64,000 nucleotides of DNA from contig JBDRLN010000064.1 in NCBI GenBank assembly GCA_043812955.1, positions 326 to 64,325 on the forward strand. The letters run 5' to 3'. A model generated the notes under the pieces. It was given only the letters and a program-made list of their open reading frames with translations. It was not told where the DNA came from and made no database searches. This stretch comes from Candidatus Omnitrophota bacterium (lineage in GTDB: Bacteria > Omnitrophota > Gorgyraeia > Gygaellales > Profunditerraquicolaceae). This document shows positions 9,563 to 17,745 of this stretch, piece by piece. The position numbers and the translations under genes were made by a program. How positions within the stretch are numbered: the first letter of the stretch is position 1; the number at the start of each line of letters is the position of its first letter.

Positions 9563-10990
9563 ATGGAATACGAACCGGTTATAGGATTAGAGGTCCACCT
9601 GCATTTAAAAACCAAATCAAAGGCTTTTTGTAGCTGTCCGATTGAATTTGGCAATGAGCCAAATTCCCAGGTCTGCCCGGTATGTCTGGGATTCCCCGGG
9701 TCATTGCCGGTATTGAATAAAACAGCCCTGGAATATTCGATAAAAGTAGGTCTGGCTTTAAATTGTATTATCCAGGAATATACCAAATTTGACCGGAAAC
9801 ACTATTATTATCCTGATTTGCCAAAGAATTATCAGATATCCCAGTATGACCTGCCTATTTCTAAAGACGGGTTTTTGGATATTATTGTTGACGGAAAAAT
9901 AAAACGCGTCAATATCCGTCGGGCACATTTAGAGGAAGATGCCGGGAAGTTAATTCATAAAGATGACGTTACCCTGGTAGATTATAACCGCGCCGGCATT
10001 CCTTTATTGGAGATTGTCAGCGAGCCGGATATGAATTCACCGCAAGAAGCCTATGAATACTTGAATAAATTAAAAAGCATTATTGAATATCTGGATGTTT
10101 CGGATTGTGATATGGAAAAGGGGTCATTACGCTGCGACGCTAATATATCATTAAGGGAAAAAGGGAGTAATGGCCTGGGGATTAAGACTGAATTAAAGAA
10201 TATGAATTCTTTTAAAGCTGTTAAAGACGCATTAAGTTTCGAAATCAAACGCCAGGCAGACCTTTTAGATGACGGCGAGAAAATAATCCAGGATACCCGA
10301 TTATGGAATACCTTAGTACTAAAAACTCTGCCTATGCGCGTTAAAGAAGAAGCCAAGGATTACCGTTATTTTCCCGAGCCGGATCTTCCGCTGTTTATCA
10401 TAAACCAGGATAAAATTGCTGAGATCAAAAAAGAAATCCCTGAGCTTCCGGAAGAAAAAGCCCTACGCTTTCAAAAAGAATACAATATTCTAGAGTATGA
10501 TTCCCGCATTTTGGTGATTAGTAAAAAGGGCGCCCTATACGCTGAAGAATGCCTTAAGGCCTATCCGGGCAAAGATAAAAAGCCGGTAGTGAATTGGTTG
10601 ATCGGTCCCCTGCTTTCCGAGGCTAACAGCCGGAATTGTAATATATCAGAACTGAAAATTTCGGCTAAAGATTTAATCGAGTTAATCGGTTTTGTTGAAA
10701 GGCAGGAGATCTCTAATCTGTCGGCAAAATCAGTATTAACCGAAATTATCAGCGCGCAAAAATCCGCGGCCGCAGTAATAGCTGAGAAAAATTTGCTGCA
10801 GGTCTCTGATGTTTCAGGACTTGAGAACTATATCATCGAGGTTATCAAAGAAAACTCTCGTACGGTCAATGATTATAAAAATGGAAAAGAAAATTCCCTA
10901 ATGTTTTTGGTGGGCCAGGTGATGAAAAAAAGCCAGGGAAAGGCTAACCCCAAGGTGGCCCACGATATGTTAAAGAGGAGGCTGGTTTAA
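9563..10990 (+). CDS. gatB: Asp/Glu-tRNA amidotransferase subunit B
   Basis: N-terminus YEPVIGLEVHLHL; C-terminal GatB/YqeY domain. Confidence 0.95.
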   Translation: MEYEPVIGLEVHLHLKTKSKAFCSCPIEFGNEPNSQVCPVCLGFPGSLPVLNKTALEYSIKVGLALNCIIQEYTKFDRKHYYYPDLPKNYQISQYDLPISKDGFLDIIVDGKIKRVNIRRAHLEEDAGKLIHKDDVTLVDYNRAGIPLLEIVSEPDMNSPQEAYEYLNKLKSIIEYLDVSDCDMEKGSLRCDANISLREKGSNGLGIKTELKNMNSFKAVKDALSFEIKRQADLLDDGEKIIQDTRLWNTLVLKTLPMRVKEEAKDYRYFPEPDLPLFIINQDKIAEIKKEIPELPEEKALRFQKEYNILEYDSRILVISKKGALYAEECLKAYPGKDKKPVVNWLIGPLLSEANSRNCNISELKISAKDLIELIGFVERQEISNLSAKSVLTEIISAQKSAAAVIAEKNLLQVSDVSGLENYIIEVIKENSRTVNDYKNGKENSLMFLVGQVMKKSQGKANPKVAHDMLKRRLV

Positions 10991-10991
10991 T

Positions 10992-12269
10992 ATGCGTAAA
11001 AAATTTATTCTCGGAATAATTGTATCTTTATTGATATTAATATCTTCTTCCGCGGCAATTTCGGCTATAGATAAAAAAAAGGCCGAGATATATAAACAGG
11101 TGCAATTATTTTCTAATGCGCTGGCAATAATCCAGGCAGACTATGTAGAGGAACCTGTGCCCAAAGACCTGATCTACGGGGCTTTGAAAGGTATGCTTTC
11201 AAGCCTAGACGCACACAGCCAATTTATGGACTCAGAGACTTATAATGAATTAAAAATCAATACCGAAGGTAAGTTCGGGGGGTTGGGAATAGAAATTACC
11301 ATTAAAGACGGGTTATTAACCGTAGTTACGCCTATTGAAGATACCCCGGCCTGGAAAGCAGGGATAAAAGCTAATGACCGGATAGTCAAGATCAATAATG
11401 AGCTGACCCGGGATATAACCATTACTGACGCGGTAAAAAAAATGCGGGGTAAACCTGGCGAGACAGTCGGTATAACCATATTAAGGGAATCGGAAAAAAA
11501 GATCATCGACTTAAAAATTATCCGGGATATCATTAAAATCAGGGAAGTTAAAGACGCAAAGATCTTAGATAACCATATTGCCTATATCCGAATTATAGAA
11601 TTCAGCGAAAATACGGTGAGTGACCTGGATAAGGCTTTAGAAACCTTAATCAAGGCAGGAATGAAGGGGATAATCCTGGACTTAAGAAATAATCCGGGCG
11701 GGCTCTTAGACTCAGCGGCAAAGGTTGTTGAGCGCTTTATTGCAAAAAATAAATTAGTTGTTTATACTAAGTCCCGCATAAAATCCCAGGACTTAAAAAT
11801 AACCTCTCACTATGGGAATCCTATTCTGAATTTGCCGATTGTAGTATTGATCAATGAAGGGTCAGCTTCAGGCAGTGAAATAGTCGCTGGGGCTTTGCAA
11901 GATTACAGCCGGGCTATAATAGTAGGGGTAAAGTCATTCGGCAAAGGCTCGGTTCAGACAGTCATACCGTTAGGAGACGGCTCAGCCCTAAGGCTTACCA
12001 CTAGTAAATATTTTACCCCAAACGGTAAACTGATACACGGAAAAGGAATTATGCCGGATGTTATTGTTGAGGATGCCAGGAGTACTCCGGCAGAAAAAGT
12101 AGAGGCTATGCCGGAAGATAAAACAGCTGAGGTATTTGAACAGGTAGAAAAAAAAGATAATTTACCCGGTCAAATTAAAATTGACAACTATAAAAGCGAC
12201 AGCCAACTTATGCGGGCAATGGACATTCTAAAAGGCATTCTGGTCTATCGTAACATCGAGAATAGGTAG
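10992..12269 (+). CDS. ctpA: carboxyl-terminal processing protease (S41 family, PDZ-containing)
   Basis: Signal peptide, PDZ region, S41 motifs GGLLD and SASGSEIVAGALQD. Confidence 0.9.
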   Translation: MRKKFILGIIVSLLILISSSAAISAIDKKKAEIYKQVQLFSNALAIIQADYVEEPVPKDLIYGALKGMLSSLDAHSQFMDSETYNELKINTEGKFGGLGIEITIKDGLLTVVTPIEDTPAWKAGIKANDRIVKINNELTRDITITDAVKKMRGKPGETVGITILRESEKKIIDLKIIRDIIKIREVKDAKILDNHIAYIRIIEFSENTVSDLDKALETLIKAGMKGIILDLRNNPGGLLDSAAKVVERFIAKNKLVVYTKSRIKSQDLKITSHYGNPILNLPIVVLINEGSASGSEIVAGALQDYSRAIIVGVKSFGKGSVQTVIPLGDGSALRLTTSKYFTPNGKLIHGKGIMPDVIVEDARSTPAEKVEAMPEDKTAEVFEQVEKKDNLPGQIKIDNYKSDSQLMRAMDILKGILVYRNIENR

Positions 12270-12279
12270 GTTTAAGGAT

Positions 12280-13062
12280 ATGCTGCGTAATTATAAAATA
12301 GCGGTTGTAATTTTATCGACCTTGCTGATAATTCAGGGGGTATTTATTTTTGTTTTATTGAAACCCAAAAAAGCGGTTAAGGCCCCTCCAACTATTATAA
12401 AAACAAAGCCGCAGATTGCCATTGTTCTCGACGATTGGGGTTATAATTTAAACGGCCTGCCTGTTTTAGATCAGATAAAATACCCATTGACTATGTCGGT
12501 GTTGCCTAACCTGGCCTACTCTAAAACTATTTCCCTGGAATTGCACAACAGGGGATTTGAGATAATTCTGCATCTGCCAACAGAGCCTTTAGAAAAAATC
12601 AGGTTAGAAGAAAACACTATCCTTACTACAATGGATGAAATGACTATAAAAAATATTCTCAACCTAGATTTAGAAAATACCCCTTACGTCAAAGGCGTAT
12701 CCAACCATATGGGGTCAAAATTAACTTCAGATATTAAATCTTTAAGGTTTGTGTTTAAAGAATTAAAAAAAAGAAATCTTTTTTTCTTGGACAGTTTAGT
12801 CTCTTCAAGGTCGATTGCCTCAACTTTAGCGGCTAATGAACATATTTCATTCGCTAAGAGGGATGTATTCCTGGATAATAAGGCGGATTATAACTACATT
12901 AAACAACAGTTACAGGAATTAAAAAATATTGCAAAGGCCCGCGGAAAAGCGATAGGTATAGGACATGACCACAAGCTAACCTTAGAGGTCCTGCGCGATG
13001 TAATGCCTGAAATAGAACGAGAGGGGTTTAAGTTTGTTTTTGTTTCGGAATTAGTAAAATAA
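12280..13062 (+). CDS. divergent polysaccharide deacetylase family protein (YibQ-like), membrane anchored
   Basis: N-terminal TM; IAIVLDDWGYN motif typical of YibQ/PF04748. Confidence 0.7.
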   Translation: MLRNYKIAVVILSTLLIIQGVFIFVLLKPKKAVKAPPTIIKTKPQIAIVLDDWGYNLNGLPVLDQIKYPLTMSVLPNLAYSKTISLELHNRGFEIILHLPTEPLEKIRLEENTILTTMDEMTIKNILNLDLENTPYVKGVSNHMGSKLTSDIKSLRFVFKELKKRNLFFLDSLVSSRSIASTLAANEHISFAKRDVFLDNKADYNYIKQQLQELKNIAKARGKAIGIGHDHKLTLEVLRDVMPEIEREGFKFVFVSELVK

Positions 13063-13063
13063 T

Positions 13064-14047
13064 ATGTATACCTTAGGGATAGAGACATCCTGCGACGAGA
13101 CTTCAGCTGCCGTAGTCAAAGACGGCAATAAACTTCTTTCGAATATTGTGATTTCAAGCTTACCCCTGCATAATAAATATGGAGGAGTGATTCCTGAAAT
13201 CGCTTTTAGGGCGCAGATGGAGGCAATAACCTACGTGGCGGATTATGCCTTAAATGAAGCGAGGGTAAAATTAAATAATATTCGATTAATCTCTGTGACC
13301 GTTGGGCCGGGATTATTAGGCTCTCTGGTTGTGGGTTTATCTTTTGCTAAAGGAGTTGTTTTAAGTTCAGGAATTTCACTGCTGGGAGTGAATCATCTGT
13401 ATAGCCATATCTACGCCAGCTTCCTGAATAATAAAGCTATTCCAGAATTTCCTTTTATATCCTTGGTAGTCTCAGGAGGGCATACCAGCCTGTTTTTTAT
13501 GGAAGATTTTGACCGGATCAAAATTTTAGGCTCTACCCAGGATGATGCCTGCGGAGAGGCTTTTGATAAAACGGCAAAAATATTAGGCCTGGGATATCCC
13601 GGCGGGCCGATAATAGAAAAAATGGCTAAAAGCGCTAATCCCTACAAAATTAGGTTCAACTGCTCAAATACCAACAAAGCTTTAGATTTTAGTTTTAGTG
13701 GCATAAAAACCGCGGTATTATATTATGTCCGGGATAACGGCAGATCCGCGCTTAATGATATCTGTGCTTCATTTCAAAAAACAGTGATTGATACTTTAAT
13801 AGCTAAATCCCTACTGGCCTGCGAAACCAAAAAAACTAAAAAAATTGTGATCGGCGGCGGGGTGGCGGCGAATAATTATTTAAGGCGGGAATTTTACCGG
13901 GTGCTGCAGGAAGAGAACGGTATAAAATGCTATTTTCCCAACCAAGAGCTGTGTATGGATAATGCGGCTATGGTAGCTGGCCTAGGTTATCAATTATTCA
14001 GAAAAGGTTATAGGTCGGATCTGGATCTAAACGCCGCGCTTAATTAA
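13064..14047 (+). CDS. tsaD: tRNA N6-adenosine threonylcarbamoyltransferase
   Basis: N-terminus LGIETSCDETSAAV; Kae1/TsaD family. Confidence 0.9.
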   Translation: MYTLGIETSCDETSAAVVKDGNKLLSNIVISSLPLHNKYGGVIPEIAFRAQMEAITYVADYALNEARVKLNNIRLISVTVGPGLLGSLVVGLSFAKGVVLSSGISLLGVNHLYSHIYASFLNNKAIPEFPFISLVVSGGHTSLFFMEDFDRIKILGSTQDDACGEAFDKTAKILGLGYPGGPIIEKMAKSANPYKIRFNCSNTNKALDFSFSGIKTAVLYYVRDNGRSALNDICASFQKTVIDTLIAKSLLACETKKTKKIVIGGGVAANNYLRREFYRVLQEENGIKCYFPNQELCMDNAAMVAGLGYQLFRKGYRSDLDLNAALN

Positions 14048-14063
14048 CAATGGAGGAGAATGT

Positions 14064-14522
14064 ATGCTTACCGATAATCAGGTACTTTTCCGTTTAGTCA
14101 TGTCTGTATTTTTAGGGGGTTTAATCGGTTTAGAGCGTCAGTTGCATCGCCGTAATGCGGGGCTGCGCACTCACATTCTGGTCAGTCTGGGCTCTTGTCT
14201 TATAATGTTGACATCCATGTATGTTTTTGATATATATAAAAATATGGCGGATATTGATCCCAGCCGGATTGCCGCGGGAGTTATTACCGGTATTGGTTTT
14301 TTAGGAGCAGGCACAATAATCAGGGACAGGGATGGAATAAAGGGTTTAACTACAGCTGCCAGCCTGTGGGTTGCTTCCGGGATCGGTTTAGCCGTAGGCT
14401 GTGGTTTTTATACAGCAGGTTTATTTACCGCTTTACTATCCTTGGTCGCGCTTATATTATTGCGTAAAATAGAAGCGACTATGCTGGGCAAAGAAGATCA
14501 ATCTACTAAGGGAGGTGTCTAA
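14064..14522 (+). CDS. mgtC: MgtC/SapB family membrane protein
   Basis: RLVMSVFLGGLIGLERQ MgtC signature; 4 TM helices. Confidence 0.8.
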   Translation: MLTDNQVLFRLVMSVFLGGLIGLERQLHRRNAGLRTHILVSLGSCLIMLTSMYVFDIYKNMADIDPSRIAAGVITGIGFLGAGTIIRDRDGIKGLTTAASLWVASGIGLAVGCGFYTAGLFTALLSLVALILLRKIEATMLGKEDQSTKGGV

Positions 14523-15028
14523 TGGCATTTAGTAAAAAGAAGGCGGAAGAAAAGGTGCTAGATGTTGATGCTGCCATGCAGGGAACTCTTAGTTTTAAAG
14601 ATCCGGTTAATCTTAAAATCAACGGTAAATTTGAAGGAAACTTGGAGACCAAGGGGAATTTAACTGTCGGCTCAACGGCCATAGTGATTGCCGATATTAA
14701 AGGGGATAATATAATTATTGCCGGTAAGGTTAAGGGGAAGGTGATCGCCCGAGAAAAATTAACCCTTTTATCCAGCGCGATAGTAGAAGGAGAGATATTC
14801 CCTACCAGGTTATGCGTTGCCGATGGAGCGATCTTAGAAGGAAAATGTTCGATGCTGGCTGATTTTTTAAATGATGAAGAGTTAGCCCGATATCTTGAGG
14901 TAGACTTAAATTCTATTAACGAGTGGGCGAATTCCGGAAAAATCCCGGCAATCAAAGACGGAAATGGCTTTAAGTTTGAAAGAAAAGCCGTAGATTCCTG
15001 GATCGCCGCCGGAAAAATCGGTAAATAA
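14522..15028 (+). CDS. bactofilin domain fused to a C-terminal HTH_17 (excisionase-family) DNA-binding domain
   Basis: Bactofilin beta-helix repeats (GNLTVGSTAIVIADIKGDNIIIAGKVKGKVIA...); C-terminus EELARYLEVDLNSINEWANSGKIPAIKDGNGFKF matches excisionase-type HTH. Confidence 0.65.
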   Translation: MAFSKKKAEEKVLDVDAAMQGTLSFKDPVNLKINGKFEGNLETKGNLTVGSTAIVIADIKGDNIIIAGKVKGKVIAREKLTLLSSAIVEGEIFPTRLCVADGAILEGKCSMLADFLNDEELARYLEVDLNSINEWANSGKIPAIKDGNGFKFERKAVDSWIAAGKIGK

Positions 15029-15111
15029 TGAATTTAATATTTCACTTAAACCAATAACATTAATTAACATCCGCCGTAGCGTACCGTGGCGAAGGCGGAT
15101 AAAGGGTAAAT

Positions 15112-15420
15112 ATGGCAGAAGAAAAACTTTTGACTGTTAGAGATGTTTCCTATTTTCTTGGTATATCCGAAAAGGAAGTCCTGGATTTATCCGAGAGCGG
15201 TGTTATTCCCGCCTATAAAGTAGGAGGGGTCTACTTACGGTTTAAGCGGGACCAAGTTGAAGAATATAAAAAGAAGAATAAATCGCTATTACAGAAGAAT
15301 AACTTAAGCCTTGATTACCCGTTTTCCGACAGGGTCCAGGATTTTCTATACTTCAATGATTTTTATTTATTCTCTTTTGTGATTATAGCGCTGATTATCT
15401 TTATTATCTTTAAAGGATAA
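15112..15420 (+). CDS. HTH_17 (excisionase-family) DNA-binding protein with C-terminal TM anchor
   Basis: LLTVRDVSYFLGISEKEVLDLSESGVIPAYKVGGVYLRF; hydrophobic C-terminus LFSFVIIALIIFIIF. Confidence 0.55.
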   Translation: MAEEKLLTVRDVSYFLGISEKEVLDLSESGVIPAYKVGGVYLRFKRDQVEEYKKKNKSLLQKNNLSLDYPFSDRVQDFLYFNDFYLFSFVIIALIIFIIFKG

Positions 15421-15431
15421 AAAATTAATCC

Positions 15432-15821
15432 ATGGCAAGGATAAGAAAAGTTTTAAGGCACGTTTTTCATGTCCGGGGTTTAACCAGAAGTTTCAAACTG
15501 GCCCTGATCGGGATAGGTTACCTATTTTATTATCATCGAAATATGCGTATGATTTTCTTAGCTGGTATCACGGCTGCCCTCTTCGGGATTTATTTCGAGT
15601 TGCGCGGGATAGAGTTAGCCGTATTATGCGTAATCATAACTTTAGTTTTCATGGCCGAGATTTTTAATACAGCTATCGAGCTAGTTATAGATATAACCTG
15701 TAAAAAATACCACCCTTTGGTAAAATTGGTTAAAGATATTTCGGCGGCAGTAGTACTTATAGCTTCCTTAAACGCGGTAACCGTAGGATTTATATTATTT
15801 AGTAAACGTATTTTCCACTAA
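15432..15821 (+). CDS. dgkA: diacylglycerol kinase / undecaprenol kinase (prokaryotic DgkA family)
   Basis: 3-TM ~125-aa protein with AEIFNTAIELVID motif. Confidence 0.8.
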   Translation: MARIRKVLRHVFHVRGLTRSFKLALIGIGYLFYYHRNMRMIFLAGITAALFGIYFELRGIELAVLCVIITLVFMAEIFNTAIELVIDITCKKYHPLVKLVKDISAAVVLIASLNAVTVGFILFSKRIFH

Positions 15822-15830
15822 CCTTTTTTT

Positions 15831-15863
15831 ACACCCCGTAGGTGTAATACACCTACGGGGTGT
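15831..15863. repeat. Family-C hairpin: ACACCCCGTAGGTGT-AAT-ACACCTACGGGGTGT (15-bp perfect stem, 3-nt loop) at the dgkA stop
   Basis: Read directly; a near-identical hairpin occurs at 59730-59762. Confidence 0.8.
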
Positions 15864-15881
15864 ACGGATAGATCAAGTTTT

Positions 15882-15930
15882 GGCGGCGTAACTTTAGCCT
15901 GATAGAGTAGTCGGCTCATACCCGATTTGT
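15882..15930 (+). pseudogene. truncated duplicate of the 5' half of the tRNA(CAU) gene (acceptor, D-arm and anticodon arm only), followed by a TCCCGC/GCGGGA hairpin insert
   Basis: 15872-15928 is a near-identical direct repeat of 16022-16078 but lacks a T-arm and 3' acceptor strand. Confidence 0.6.
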
Positions 15931-16031
15931 CACTGCTTTTCCCGCTAAATAGAGCGGGATTTCGCTAGACTGTTTTATTGCGGCGCTCATAAATCCAGTA
16001 TTAACGTAGCAAATTTATAAACTTAAGTTTT

Positions 16032-16105
16032 GGCGGCGTAACTCAGCCTGATAGAGTAGTCGGCTCATACCCGATATGCCAGAGGTTTAAATCCTCTCGC
16101 CGCCA
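16032..16105 (+). tRNA. tRNA-Met-type (anticodon CAU; could be elongator Met, initiator, or the tRNA-Ile2 TilS substrate) with non-canonical D-loop/T-loop
   Basis: Cloverleaf: acceptor GGCGGCG/CGCCGCC, anticodon loop CUCAUAC, T-arm AGAGG-TTTAAAT-CCTCT; D-loop AGCCTGATA implies an A19:U56 covariation in place of G19:C56. Confidence 0.6.
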
Positions 16106-16251
16106 TAAATTTGATAGACGGTGGTTTTCCCGCCCAAAGTTTAACATTTAGGCGGAATCCCGCCTGGCAATAAGAGCATTCTGGCGGGAAAATCCAGTCG
16201 CCGCCACCAGTTCTTTTATAGCAGGCGGCATTTTATTATCGCATTAACTGG

Positions 16252-16344
16252 TTTTCCCGCAAAATAATATAATTATGCGGGATTAACTCGCAGACGGGCT
16301 TCGTCCTATGATTTACGTTGCTAACGCTTCCGTAAATCATCTGC
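16252..16344 (+). ncRNA. candidate structured 5'-leader element: TTTCCCGC-loop-GCGGGATTAACTCGCAGACGG ... CATCTGC (copy A)
   Basis: Shares a ~30-nt core (GCGGGATTAAYTCGCAGACGGSCTT) and an outer GCAGAYG/CRTCTGC helix with 50922-51038, upstream of the ACP gene. Confidence 0.4.
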
Positions 16345-16401
16345 TTGTTATAAATCCAGTCGCCGCCACCAGTTCTTTAATAAGTAAAGGGGATTCAAGA
16401 T

Positions 16402-16644
16402 ATGGATATCAAACCGACGGATAAATGGTATTTTAAAACTACCCCTATAATAATCACCTTTTTGGCAGTGGAACCTTTAGTTTTACCCTTAATCTGGTTC
16501 AACCCGAATAATAAAAAAAATAAAAAAATTGTATTAAGCATAGTTGTTAGCATTTTAAGCATTTTCTTAGGCATCGCGACTATAATCTCCTTCAAATCGA
16601 TTATTAAATATTACGGGCTGATAAATATTGGTTATTTAAAATAA
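16402..16644 (+). CDS. small 2-TM membrane protein (80 aa), hypothetical
   Basis: RBS AAAGGGGA upstream; two hydrophobic helices; no recognisable homology. Confidence 0.4.
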   Translation: MDIKPTDKWYFKTTPIIITFLAVEPLVLPLIWFNPNNKKNKKIVLSIVVSILSIFLGIATIISFKSIIKYYGLINIGYLK

Positions 16645-16701
16645 ACCTTCATCTATCTGGTTTCCCTATGAATTTTTATCCTGCCGGGTTAATATATAAT
16701 C

Positions 16702-17676
16702 ATGCTGCTTGATAAGATCAAGTCTACAGTTAAAAAGTATAGCCTTTTAAACAAAGGAGATACAGTGGTAGTCGGCGTATCCGGAGGACCGGATTCGATT
16801 ACCCTGCTTTATGCCTTAAATAACCTAAAAAATATATTCGGTCTTAAGCTGCATATTGCCCATATCGACCATAAACTACGCAGGGATTCCGGTCAGGATA
16901 AAGAGTTTGTGATTAAATTGGCCAATAATTTAAAAATACCAGTAACAGTAGAAACTCTCAATATCCGAAAATTATCTTCAAAAGGCTCCCTGGAAGAGAT
17001 AGCCCGGAACATGAGACTCGCTGCCCTATTCAGGATAGCCAAAAAAATCAAAGCCAAAAAGATCGCCCTGGGGCATAACCTGGATGATCAGGCAGAAACA
17101 ATCCTGATGCGTATATTAAGGGGCGCGGGATTATGCGGACTATCCGGAATATTACCCAAGAGAAAATTTTCCGGTTTTACTCTCATCCGGCCTTTAATCG
17201 AAGTAAGGCGCAGGGATATTGAGGTTTTTTTAAAAAGAAAAGGGGTTTTACCCAGAATCGATAAAACCAATTCAAAAGACATATATTTCCGGAACAAGAT
17301 CCGCAACAGGCTTTTTCCATTATTGGAAAGAGAATACAGCCCTAATCTTAAAGAAATATTATCGAATATGGCTGAAAATATTGGTAATGATTATGATTAC
17401 CTTCTGCGGGAGGCCTATAAACATTTAGCCCGAACCGGCAACAGGGTAAATTTAAAGAAGCTCTCTAACTTACATCCCTCAATTCAGAGATTAGTGCTGC
17501 GCTTAAGTATTATTAGGATAAAAGGCGATACCCGGGCTATTACCTTCCAGCATATCCGGGAACTGGAGGATTTGATCTCAAACCGCCCAGTTAATTCTAT
17601 AGTTGATCTGCCTAAAAATATATCCGTAATCAAGAAGGAAAAAAACCTCTATTTATACCGCAAAAAAACTCAATAA
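16702..17676 (+). CDS. tilS: tRNA(Ile)-lysidine synthetase
   Basis: PP-loop VGVSGGPDS; TilS N- and C-terminal domains. Confidence 0.9.
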   Translation: MLLDKIKSTVKKYSLLNKGDTVVVGVSGGPDSITLLYALNNLKNIFGLKLHIAHIDHKLRRDSGQDKEFVIKLANNLKIPVTVETLNIRKLSSKGSLEEIARNMRLAALFRIAKKIKAKKIALGHNLDDQAETILMRILRGAGLCGLSGILPKRKFSGFTLIRPLIEVRRRDIEVFLKRKGVLPRIDKTNSKDIYFRNKIRNRLFPLLEREYSPNLKEILSNMAENIGNDYDYLLREAYKHLARTGNRVNLKKLSNLHPSIQRLVLRLSIIRIKGDTRAITFQHIRELEDLISNRPVNSIVDLPKNISVIKKEKNLYLYRKKTQ

Positions 17677-17745
17677 ATACTTGATTTTATTGGTGTTTAA
17701 AGCTATAATTAAAAGTCTAAAAAGAGATACGGAAAGGAATAAATA

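Noticed and set aside
15831-15863. Family-C hairpins as Rho-independent terminators
   Set aside because: No downstream U-tract on either strand (at 15.8 kb the T-run precedes the stem), so intrinsic termination is unlikely. Kept as a repeat of unknown function.
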